This document shows, one piece after another, positions 40,801-52,800 of a DNA stretch of 64,000 bases. Position 1 is the stretch's first letter, and the number at the start of each line of letters is the position of its first letter. A program made the position numbers and the translations under genes. Source of the stretch: Bugula neritina (Eukaryota; Animalia; Bryozoa); assembly GCA_964035545.1 (NCBI GenBank), contig OZ037765.1:34806080-34870079 (forward strand), given 5' to 3'. The notes under the pieces are model-generated. The model was not told the DNA's origin, did no database searches, and worked only from the letters and a program-made list of their open reading frames with translations.

Positions 40801-43800
40801 CAATGATGTGTATCCCTACCCCGTCACCAGACACCGAGCGGCGGGCTGTTTCCCTGGAGAAAACTACGTGGTCGACGCTAAGCTATACCCGGAGTTCCTC
40901 ACACTTATACGACCTCTGGTGAAGAAGGCCATGCTATTAGCCGTTCTGTCCTCGGGGTTCCAACGTGTGTTAGACAACGCCCGCCAACAATCCCCGTTGG
41001 TGTCTGACCGCCCTCAAATTACATACACCCCCGAAGAAACTACATATCCAGAAGAAGGAGAGATCTCCCCTACCCCGGCGAAGAGACGGACCAGGTCCCC
41101 CAGTCCACCCTTGCGCCGCAGACGGACACCGTCCCCAGACCCAGTACGCCTAGCCACAGTAGAAGAACGCCTCCTACGATTACAAGAAGAGTTCACCCAG
41201 CTGGCACCAGATCTACTTAACACTACAACAGGACTCTTCCAGCTAAAAGGATCCGTATGCCGTATGAAACGGAAACTGCGTACATGCCAAGCCAAGCACC
41301 GGCGTGCCCAACAAGGACTCTAGTTAGACTACCCGGAGTACTCCAACTCCGCCTCTTGGGAGAAGCCAAGATGTCATGTAAATGTTTGACTGCTTAACAG
41401 GTTATCCCCTGTCTAACACCACAGCTAGCTAGTATTCCTCGTCTATCTACAGCTGGCCAATTGTATGCAACGGATCGTTATAATGATTCTGTCTATTATT
41501 ATGTCTCTTCCTGTATATTATGTATTATTTTGTCCACTGATGTATGCGGTTACCAATGAATGTTTTTTTTATATATATATCAGAAAGATGGCTTTCTGCT
41601 GGTGGGGGCGGTGTGGTGGTTCGTGGAACTACCAGCAGCACAACATGTAGGGTCGCGCAATTGACCCGGAACAATGGATAACCAATTAGCGTAGTTGATA
41701 GTTAGCAGCAATTGTAGTTTCCCGCTGCTAACTCAGTCGAAGCTAGAGTGTGAAATAGATTAGATGTGTAACTTGTTTGGAAATAATGTATCGTTTTTAT
41801 AATGTATAATTGTGTGTAAAATATACTCGTTCACTCGACTTATCCTGGTGCAGTTCTATAGTAAATAAATAGACTCTCTGGATAGCACATCAACCCTAAA
41901 TCTGAAAATTATAACAATACCTGTATTGGTAGTAGTAATAATAACATTAGTATTGATCAAATATTGAATTACTTGACTGGAATTTATAATCATTAATGAT
42001 TATCACTTTATTATTATATGAACTGATAGCAATCATCAAATATTTAGCTTGTAACTCGATATCATGCTTGCTCCAAAGCTTTAGTAGCACAAAACTCAGT
42101 TATATTAACTAATTAAGCCAGGACCAATACGAGTATTGGCATTACGATTACAAAATGAAAATTAAATATTATAATTTATAACATACTTAAACTTAAAGTA
42201 TTACTATTACTATTAGTCTATTACTATAACTATTAGTATTAGTATTAGTAACACTATGAATATAGTAATAGTTTATCAAACTAAATGATACTGATACTGT
42301 ACAATTATAAATATTCTAACCTGTTGCTCATCAGTCACATTCAAATCCACATCATGACTATCATCTCTATCTTCATCTTGATATGTGAACGGCTCAAACT
42401 GATAGCCCATTACTTCAGAAATCTCAGTGACAGCATGAGTGTGATTCTCATACTCATACTAATGTCATACTCATAGTCGTACTCATTGCGAATGTGATTC
42501 TCATTCTGCTCCAGGTATTCTTCGTCAGAGCCAGATATGCTCATATTGATATTTATATCGTATTTAAATGTTATTTTTGTATATAATATTATATTAGGTT
42601 TAACTTTATTACAACTACACTGCACAGACACGGTAAGTTGGAAGCTATGTATTTATTGCCGTGAAAATTGTTTATGAAATAAAACCTAAATTCCATAAAA
42701 GACACCAATTGGGGGGCTAGACAGCAGTCCGATACATCAAAAATGTTAAAACTAAGGTTACATGCAACGAAAAATATAGCCTATACTTATTTTCCGAATG
42801 TCTTACAGGCGGCATTTCCATCTATTTCTTGCAACTGCGGTGTAATACGTCACAGAGTGGTGAAAAAAATTCTCGAAGTTTTTTCGGACATGCATGCACT
42901 AAACTTGTTATAAAACAAAGTAGTCTAGACCTAAAACTCTGAAAGAGTGTTAAAATAATAGCTAAGATATAGATGAATATTTTCATGCTACATAAGTAAA
43001 GTGTGTCAGGGATTCTTTAAGCTAAGCTGTCAGCGTGTCAGCATTTAAGCATTTTCCATGATAATTTTTTATTTCTGTGTATTTCCCACCTGCTTTTAGC
43101 TGTGAGTCATTTAGGAAGGCGAATTGCATTTTTGTTGGTTAGAAGGGATAGGATTTCTACTTGATAGCTTACCATGTGTACAGTACTAATTCCTGTGTAC
43201 TCTGAAGCTGTTCAGAGTTATTCTATAAAACTCAGTCTAAATCTCCATTACTGCACTTACCCCATATCTACTGTACATTGAAAACTGATATCTAGATTAT
43301 AGCTTTGGTTATAATTTTTTTAAACATGGTGCATATTTGAGCTGATGGCATGATATAAACATGAAAATTACACTTTGAAATGTGCTGCAAAGGCTTAAAC
43401 TTTAAGCTAAAATAGAAAAAAGTTTCGAGGCGGGAAGGCGCTCTGCCGCCCTTCCCGCACCCTCCCCGGGCCAGAGTTGTCGTTCCTATTGTCCCAGAGT
43501 ACCAGTTGAATATTTTTTACCAATACACTACTGCCTACCTGACAGGGGCTTGAAGTGAATATCTTTCAACCATCGGTTGGTGAGTAATATCTTTGTGCAT
43601 AACACAGATGTTGCAGGATTTAATTAGCCTCGCCATATCTCTACACAGGGCTGGCCACCAAAAGTGGTGCTGAGCCCTCACCCTACATTCATGTACCCCT
43701 TGATGGCCCTTGTGGCACATTTCTAAATATCCTGACCGTATAAAGACTAGGGAATATACACCCTGGACTTGTACATTAGCATATTATTATAAGCTGGTAA

Positions 43801-46800
43801 ATAATGTAGGGCTGTATAAAGTTGTGTTAGCCCACCTGTCAAACTGCTACCATTTTTGGTCGTGCAAATTCTAATGCTATTATACTGGTAGGGTTTGTGT
43901 TTGTAGCTTTTAGTCTCGTTTCTAATATTTATTATCATAGAGGTTAGTAGTCTCTATGATAGAACTTACATATGACTCAATGTCACCATTTGATTCCTCA
44001 CACTGCTTGCAATGTGGGTAGGCCTACTCAGTGTCTCAGCTATGGACATGTCTTTGCCATTTCTTTGCCTTTATCAGTGTCCTCCTCTCCCTAGATAATA
44101 TCTCTTGGTTCTCACTGTGAATATATATCTCTGTTTCTTGAGCTCACTCTAGCACTCAATACCAACCATATGAATCTCAGACAAATTAGTATGTTGCTGT
44201 CCACACCATGTAACAGATCTTTCATACCTGTATGTTATGTTACAGCATGTCTTCACTGAAGAATCTTGAGGTATTGCATATATCAAGGAATAACCTATCT
44301 GAAGGTCTACCTGACAATATATTCACATCCTTACTATCATTGAGAGAGTTGAACATGGAGAACTGTAAACTGTCAACTCTACCAAACAGGTGTGTACTAT
44401 TATATTATAGTGTAGAATGATACTGTAATATATATAATATCAGTAGAGATATAGGGCCCCCTCCAGGCCACTTTTTCCCCACCGACGAGCCTATGGCTCA
44501 TCGGCGTGAAAAAAGATTGCCTTGAGGAGGCCCTATATCTCTACTCTAAATTATTTTATTATCGTTTTATTGAAAGTTGTATTCAAAAAAAGTTATTTTA
44601 TTGAGGAATATAAAACTTGTCTAATCCTGCCTATACCTCCCATTATTTTTCGAAGAAGATAAGTCTAAAGTAATAAAGCCGTGAGGTTTTTGCCAACCTT
44701 TACTTTATATTGTTGTTTCAAGAAAATAAGATTCTAAAACTTAAAGCTTTAATAATTTAATCTTGAATCATTGGTATTGCGGCAGATTCCATTATATTAC
44801 TATCGGACGTCGAGGGGTCACTAGCATTAAAGGATTGCTCTATCTTGTCTAATAAATGGCCATTTAGGTCAAACACACATAATATTGTGTTTTTCCAAGC
44901 ATGCATTGACAAAAAGCATTTGACCAAAGGTAGAAAAAGTTAGTTGAAGTTGAGGGTGTAGATTGGTAACAGCCAAAACGCCGATTTTGAAATGAGCTGG
45001 GAACTGTGACGTAACAGCGCCAGCATTCCTGCTGGTCACGTGACTATACAAATGAATAACTATAGAAATATGACTGTGAGATGTGATCTTTCAGCTTGTA
45101 ATTTGTATATTTATAGAAGTGCAAATGTGAATTATCTTAATCTATAGTTTTTTGACATTTTAAATAACACGTATGTAATAACATTAGGCTATATTTTGCT
45201 TGTAACCATTAGAAAAAAGCATTGCAAAAGCATGCATTCTTTAGGATGAATGCCTGCGATCGATCTAAACTAGGTCAGATTGTGCAATATTACGGGCGCA
45301 CCAAAGTTGACCTATATAGCGCACTGTAACTGCTTGAGCGTTATTGGTTGATATTGTGCTCAGCAACCTTGAATACTAGCGTTATAGTTAGCACGTGCAG
45401 CATAGTTACTGGCGTTCACACGTCACGTATTAGGCTATTCTTTTTCATGGCTGAAAATTTTACCTCCCTCAAAATTGGAATTTTGAAAAGCTGTTTTCTA
45501 GGCACATATCCCTTTGCAAAGTCACAATTGTTTGCATACACATTAAATTATAGTTCATAATTATAATGTGATTGTAATAAACTAAGATTGAGCAATCCTT
45601 TAATAGGTGTCATTCCGATAGACGAATGTTTAGTTTCGTTATATCGTTTTACTAAATCTTTTAATACGTCTATATATCTATAGGTATTATTCGCCGAAAA
45701 ATATTTAAACATTCGCTCTTTCATAGTTCTATTCCACCTTTCTACTACGGTAGACTTTTCTTCATTTTCCGTAGAATATAAGTCTATTAAGGACTTTACA
45801 TCTTTATTATAAAACTCTTTTTCCTTGTCAACCCACAAGTGTCGCGGCTTACGACGGGTTAAAATAGTTTTTAAAGCTAAAGCCGTCACTTTTCCGGTCT
45901 TATTTTTTAAGGGTATCATCCAACCGTATTTAGAAAACACGTCTATTACCGTTAATAAATATTTATAACCGTTATTTAATTTAGCGAATTCAGTCATGTC
46001 AACCAAGTCGGCTGCCCAAGTTTCATCAATACCCGATACCCAAACTCGTCTTTTACGAAAAATTTTTTGTACCGGTTTATGCAATTCTTCGGCTAACTCA
46101 TCCGTCCAGCGAAACCCCCACCCTAAACGCTTTTTCGTTCCTATTATCGCCGAGGCAATACGGCTGTGTCGTTGTTCGGTGGACGTAGGATTCGGTATAG
46201 CCTTTAGTTCGTTCAACATATTTTCATCACATATTTCGTTTCTAGTTTTAGTGTCTTTATTAATCGCGTAACATATGTCGTGTTTCATAGCTATAGCGTC
46301 CTCTCGATCTACCGGTTTACTCCATTCTTTAGGAGTCATGTCGTCATTAAGACGCTTATTTAATTTAGTACCGGGGCCTAAAAAATTATGACCGGGATAA
46401 TGTAATTCAATGGGTAAATTATTTATTAAATTACTCGCTAAACCCGACCCAACGAATGTAGTTTTTTTACATCCGCATTGACTACAATTACCGTAACCCA
46501 TTAGTCTATTATTTTTACTTACTCTCTCTCCGTAATTGAGAGTTTTAGTTTTAATTTTACACTTACAACAATACATTTATTATAGTAAATGGATATAATA
46601 AATTTATCGTGGAAAAACGAAATTAATCGTGATAATAATCCGTCACTCCCTAAAAGTATAAGGGGCGTTATCGTTGGAAAATCGGGGTGCGGTAAAACTA
46701 CGTTACTTTGTAACTTATAATTACAACCTAATTGGCTCGATTACAATAAACTTATGGTTTACGGTAAGAGTCTCGATCAACCCGTATATAATATTATGTG

Positions 46801-49800
46801 AAAAGCTTTCGAGCTCGGACTATCTAAAGAAAATTTTTTAGAAATATTTAAAAACAGTGACACGATAATAAATTGTGGTATAAACGTAAATCATATTTCA
46901 AAAAATTATGCTATTCGTAACGGTAATATAAACGCTGAATTCGTTGAATCGAGTGATAAAGTTTACGACGATTTAGACGCTAATAATAAAAATTTAATAG
47001 TGTTTGACGATTTAATGTTGGAAAAACAAAACGCTTGTGAAAAATATTACGTAAGAGGACGACATAGTAACGTTGATTGTTTTTATTTATCACAAAATTA
47101 TTTTAAGCTACCCAGGCAATCTATTCGTGAAAACGCGAATTTCTTTTGTTTATTTCCTCACGATGGTAAAAACTTGAGTGATTTACATCGAGATCACGTG
47201 ACTGGAGATATGCCTTTACGAGAATTTAAAGAGTTTTGTTATAAAGGTTAGGAAAAACCTCACGGCTTTATTACTTTAGATTTATCTTCTTTAAAAAACA
47301 ATGGAAAATATAGGCACGGATTAGACGAATTTTATATTCCTCAATAAAATAACTTTTTTTTAATACAACTTTCAATAAAACGATAATAAAATAATTTAGA
47401 GTAGAGATATAGGGCCTCCTCAAGGCAATCTTTTTTCACGCCGATGAGCCGGAAAAAGTGGGCTGGAAGAGGCCCTATATCTCTACTAATATCTCATCAG
47501 TAACTCAGCAACTGTCTGCATGCATAGCAAAGGTTTTTACAGTTACACTCAGGTTGAGGAGAGTCTGTTGAGACTAGAGCTAAGCTGTCAGCGTGTCAGC
47601 ATTTAAGCCATTTTCCATGATATTGTTTTAATTTTGTGCATTTCCCGCCTGTTTTAGCTGTGAGTCATTCAGGAAATCGAATTGCATTTTTGTTGGTTAG
47701 AAGAGATAGGATTTCTACTTGATAGCTTACCATGTGTACAGTACTAATTCCTGTGTACTCTGAAGTTAGGATATTTCAGATCAGCTATCAGATTTACAAA
47801 TTGTTAGATGCTACAGAATTTGGGGTTTAGAGTTCAGACAATAGTTTGTATACAAACACTGCACCCCACGACCCCAAGCTATGTGCTGCATTCATCAATC
47901 CCCATCAGATTTTATCCCATGCAGTTGTTGGTTGTTGAGTGCTGATTGGCTCAGTTGTTCTACTTGTATCATGTGCTGCAAGCCTGAATGTTTTCTCTTT
48001 TACTGGAAGTTTATCTATTCAGTTTAAAAAATTACAATTATATACATGAAGGGTGGTTTGCCTTCTTCCATCTATAAGTACAACATGTAATTGGTTGTTG
48101 AATGCAAACAAGTCTGACCCTCCTACCTGTCAGGGACTTGAAGTGAATATCTGTCAACCATTGGTTGGTGAGTAATATCTCTGTGCATAACACAGATGTT
48201 GCAGGATTTAATTCACTTAGCCATATCTCTACACAGAGCTGGCCACCAGAAGTGGTGCTGAGTCCTCACTCTACACTCATGTACCCCCTGATAGCCCTTG
48301 TGACACATTTCTAAATATCCTGACCGTATAAAGGCTAGGGAATGCACACCCTGGACTTGTACATTAGCATCTTATTCATCTTGCTGTCTGTCGTGTCCGA
48401 CTATGACTTCTGGTGTATCATTAGTCTCCATCTGGGTCTGTCAAGTGACAGCATTTGCCATTTGCTGAGAGATATCCCCTTGTCTTTAAGGTTGCGTTTA
48501 ATGGTATCTTTGTAACGGAGCCTCGGTCTGCCAATGTCACGGGAGCCTTCTGTTAGCTGTGAGTATAAAACCTGTTTTGGGATCCTGGTGCTGTCTAATC
48601 TGTTGACATGTCCGGCCCATCTTAGATTTCTTTGGATGAGGGTGTCATATAGACTGGTAATGTTGGTTTTCTGAAGGATCTTCATATTAGATACAAAGTG
48701 CCACCATTTCACTGACAATATCTGTCTTAGTTGATTCATAAGAAAGGCATTCAGCTTGTGTGCCGTGATCTTATAGACTGTCCATGACTCCACTCCATAT
48801 AGCAGTGTAGGTAAAACAATGGCTTGGTAGACTGCACATTTTGTCTTGATTGTCAGGTCCCCGTTATCCCAAACCCTTTCTCGTAGCCTTCCGAAAGTTT
48901 GTGACGCTTTTGACATTCTCAATTGGAGTTCTTGATCAAGTTTGTTGTTGTTTGTGATGGTTGAGCCAAGGTATTTGAAGTTCTTGACTGTGTTGAGGAT
49001 TTCTCCATCTATACTGATCTTTTCTCCCTCATCATATTCTCCTGGTGGTGGTTGATACATCATCTCTGTTTTGGTTATATTTATCTTTAGTCCAAAGTCT
49101 TTGGCAGATTTTGCAAAACGGGTGATGATTTCTTGAGCCTGCTGATGGTAGTGAGCAACAAAGGCAGTGTCGTCAGCAAACATGAGTTCTCTGATGAGTA
49201 CCTTTCTTGTTCTGGTGGAAGATTTGAACTGATTGATATTGAACAAGTCAGCGCCAGGTCTTGATTGAATCCATACACCCTTATCATAGCCATCAAAAGC
49301 ATGGTTCATAACCATAGTGAGATAGATAGAGAACAGGGTCGGAGCCAGCACACAGCCTTGTTTTACACCGTTTGTGATCTCGAATGGTGCTGAGAGACCT
49401 CCTTTTAGATTGACAGAGGCTTTCATTCCCGTATGTAGGGCTGCAATCAGGTTAGTGAACTGGTCTGGGCAGCCAAGCTTTCTTAGAACCATCCACAATG
49501 TCAATCGGTTTACTGTGTCGAATGCCTTGGTGAAATCGATAAAGATCATGTATAGAGGCATATTCTGTTCTATGCATTTTTCCTGGATCTGTCTTAATGA
49601 GAATATCATGTCTGAGGTGCCTCTACCTGCCCGAAAACCGCACTGAGCTTCTGGGAGAAACTGTTCTATGTGTTGCGTGAGTCTATTGAGTAATATACGG
49701 GCAAATACCTTTCCTGGGATAGAGAGTAGTGAGATGCCACGGTAATTTCCGCAGATGCGCCTGTCTCCTTTCTTGAAGATCGTGACTAGCTGTGCATCTT

Positions 49801-52800
49801 TCCAATCCTGTGGTACCTCTTCGTTTCTCCATGACTCTGTGATGAGTTCAGTAAGCCTCAGTATAAGCTCCGCACCACCTTTCTTCAACAGCTCAGGATG
49901 AATACCATCAACTCCTGGTGACTTCCTATCAGAGAGCGCATTTACAGCTCTCATAACCTCTGTGACATCGGGACATTCATTCATCCATTCTTGGGTTGCC
50001 TGTTGGTGTATGTGACTGGTGATGTTAGGGTCCACATTTCCTGTTTCATTTAAGAGTGTTCGGAAGTGCTCTGTCCATCTCTGCATCAAATCATCTGTCT
50101 GGGTGAGGAGGGTGTGGTTGTCCTTGTCATACAGTTGGTCTGGGTGGTTTACACGTGGACCCCAGACTGCTCGCAGGTTTTCGTAGAAGCCTCTCGTGTC
50201 ATTTCGGTTAGCCAGTTCCTGCAGTTCAGCTGCCTTGTCTTGCCACCATTTGTTCTTTAGTTCACGGCATTTCTTTTGAAGTGCTCTGTTACATTCCTTG
50301 TACCTTCCTTTGGTTTTCCTGGTCAATCGGTTCATGACAGCAGAACGTGCTAGGTTCCTCTCACTTATTAGGTCTTGTAGTTCTATGGAGTGTTCATCAA
50401 ACCAGTCCCCGTGTTTTCTGCCAACAGTGCCTAGCTTCTCCTTCGATGTTTCATAAACTGTGTTCTTGAAGCTTTTCCATGCGTCGTCAAGTGTTCCAGG
50501 TGTTCTCAAGCTCAGTTTCTCACTTAGGGCTGTTTTCAAGTCATCAAGTATTTCCTTATCTTTCAGTTTGTTGACGTTGAGCTTTTTACTTGGTTGTTTA
50601 GACTTCTTCATTTTCCTTTTGATGATGAGGCTAGTGCGTGATTTTATCATGATATGGTCTGTGTTGCAGTCTGCCCCACGCATTGCTCTGGTGTCATGTA
50701 TGTCCTTCAGATCACGTTGACGGGTGATGACATAGTCAATCAGGTGCCAATGCTTGGATCGGGGGTGCATCCATGAGTTCTTGTGGGCTGGCTTATGTTT
50801 GAAAAAAGTGTTGGTGATTGCAAGTTGAAATTGGTTGCAAAGGTTCAGAAGACGCTCACCATTAGCGTTGATTTTCCCAGAGCCGTGCATTCCTATGACA
50901 TTTTTCCAGGTAGAAAAGTCGTCACGTACCCGAGCATTAAAATCACCCATAAGGATGATTTTGTCAGAGATATGGATATCTCTCAGCGTCTGGTTGAGCT
51001 GGTCATAAAAGCCATCAATACTTCCAGGAGCATTGGTCATTGTTGGGGCATAGATTGTTATGATGGTACAGTAACGGTCATGTTTCAGTGGTAGTCTCAA
51101 TGTCATAATTCTGTCATTCACAGGTTTAGGATCCTCGCAAAGTTTTAATGTGATGTTGTTGCTGATGGCTAGTCCTACGCCTGATTCGCTCTTCTCTGAT
51201 GATGGTTTCCCACTCCAGTAGATAGTATTTCCACTCTCCTCACGTATACAGCCGCTCTCAGCAAATCGCACTTCACTCAGTGCAGCAATGTCTATTTGGT
51301 AGTTTGACAGCACCTTCGATATAATGGCGCTTCTTCTTTCTGGTCGTTCAGCGTGTGAACGGTCTAGCATCGTTCTGATGTTCCATGATGCCAGGTTAAG
51401 TTTAATATGGGGTTGGACCTTTTTATCCTAGGCGACGTCCGGCCAGTATGAGTATTCTTTCTTTTGTGACTTCATGATACAACATGTGCTGGCAAGAATT
51501 TGTGAGGCTACTGTGTGGTTTGCCAGTTGGCACAGCAGCCCTCTCCACTATGCAGTGTCAATTGAGCTGGCAAGGATTATCCAAGACGAGCTCAGACTCT
51601 GAGTAGTCGCAGTGACCGGCCGGATATAATTCATCAAGTGAAGAATAACCGCCCTTGCAGGATGTCACAAGCCTGTCTTTTCTGTCTGGGTGTAGCTCCC
51701 ATAGATCCCTGAGCCGTTAGCCTGGTAGAACCAGTTACCAGTGGTGACCACGAGGAGGTGCCTCAGAGTCTTGATGATTGGTGACTTCACCAGTTTTTAC
51801 TTCGTCGCCTCAGCATCCTTGGAGTGTCTTCCTTCACTTTAGTAAGTTTGGCAGACATCCACCACCATTATTATAAACTGGTAAATAATGTAGGACTGTA
51901 TAAAGCTGTGTTAGCCCACCTGTCAAACTGCTACCATTTTTTGGTCGTGCAAATTCTATTACTTTGATACTGATAGGGTCTGAGTTTGTAGCTTTTAGTC
52001 TCGTTTCTAATATTTATTATCATAGCACTCACTCTAGCACTCCATACCAACCATATGAAACTCAGGCAGATTAGAATGTTGCTGTCCTCACCATGTAACT
52101 GATATTTCATATACCTGTATGTTATGTTACAGCATGTCTTCACTGAGGAATCTTGAGGTATTCAATATATCAAGGAATAACCTATATGAAGGTCTACCTG
52201 ACAATATATTCACATCCTTACTATCATTGAGAGAGTTGAACATGGAGAACTGTGAACTGTCAACTCTACCAAACAGGTGTGTATTATATTATAGTGTAGA
52301 ATAATACTGTAATATATATATATAATATCTCATCAGTAACTCAGCAACTGTCTGCATACATAGCAAAGGTTTCTACAGTTAACACTCAAGTTGAGGATGT
52401 TCTGTCAACATTTAAAATTATTCAAAGTTATTCTATAAAACTCATTTGTTAACTGGCATTTTAACTTAACCAGTTCTAAGTCTATGATTTGTCTATACAA
52501 GAAACTGCTTTCTCTGTTTGTTAGAGTTATCTTCCCTCTAATATAACCAACTGTCACTCACACTTCTGTTATGTCATATTGGACCTCTGCAGTTCAAACC
52601 AAGCTGTCACACAACTTATTTAAATTCTCTCCAAATTCTCATTTACTACTTGACTACTAACTGACTTCGTTAATTCTCAGTCTATGATTTACCAAATCCT
52701 AGACTACAGAATGAGTTCATACCTGTATGTTGTTTTACAGCATATTTTCACTGAAGAATATTGAGGTATTGAATATATCAGATAATAACCTATCTGAAGG

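Larger units (their letters stand above)
34412..41916 (+). mobile_element. Full-length Ty3/Gypsy LTR retrotransposon (7.5 kb)
   Basis: 305-bp TG...CA LTRs that look identical; tRNA-Leu-like PBS; G-rich PPT at about 41601-41611; gag then PR-RT-RNaseH-IN order. Confidence 0.97.
33326..42545 (-). pseudogene. KolX / P2X7 C-terminal-like Cys-rich accessory gene of Kolobok (exons about 42545-42321, 33847-33640, 33546-33326)
   Basis: MGYQFEP / EWCTCHRCQ...EQSVCC...CITQHPG / RFCSYRFLVFW...RRPLPAC...FP; the phases fit across the Gypsy-containing intron; frameshifts are likely at both ends. Confidence 0.75.
30427..43016. mobile_element. Kolobok-type DNA transposon (internally deleted, no DDE core seen) containing a nested Gypsy element
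   Basis: TTAA TSD (30423-30426, 43017-43020); AG...CT termini; about 150-bp imperfect TIRs (AGAATCCATGACACACTTTAC / GTAAAGTGTGTCAGGGATTCT); empty site GAGAC-TTAA-GCTAAG in the paralogous intron near 58306; convergent THAP and KolX-like genes. Confidence 0.85.
44442..47487. mobile_element. Non-autonomous Polinton/Maverick (adintovirus-like) derivative, about 3 kb
   Basis: AGTAG...CTACT termini; 6-bp TSD AATATC (44436-44441, 47488-47493); about 250-bp TIRs; retroviral-like integrase and packaging ATPase; empty site TAATATCTCATCAG in the sister introns. Confidence 0.9.

Noticed and set aside
40502-41323. env gene
   Set aside because: No signal peptide, fusion peptide or transmembrane anchor.
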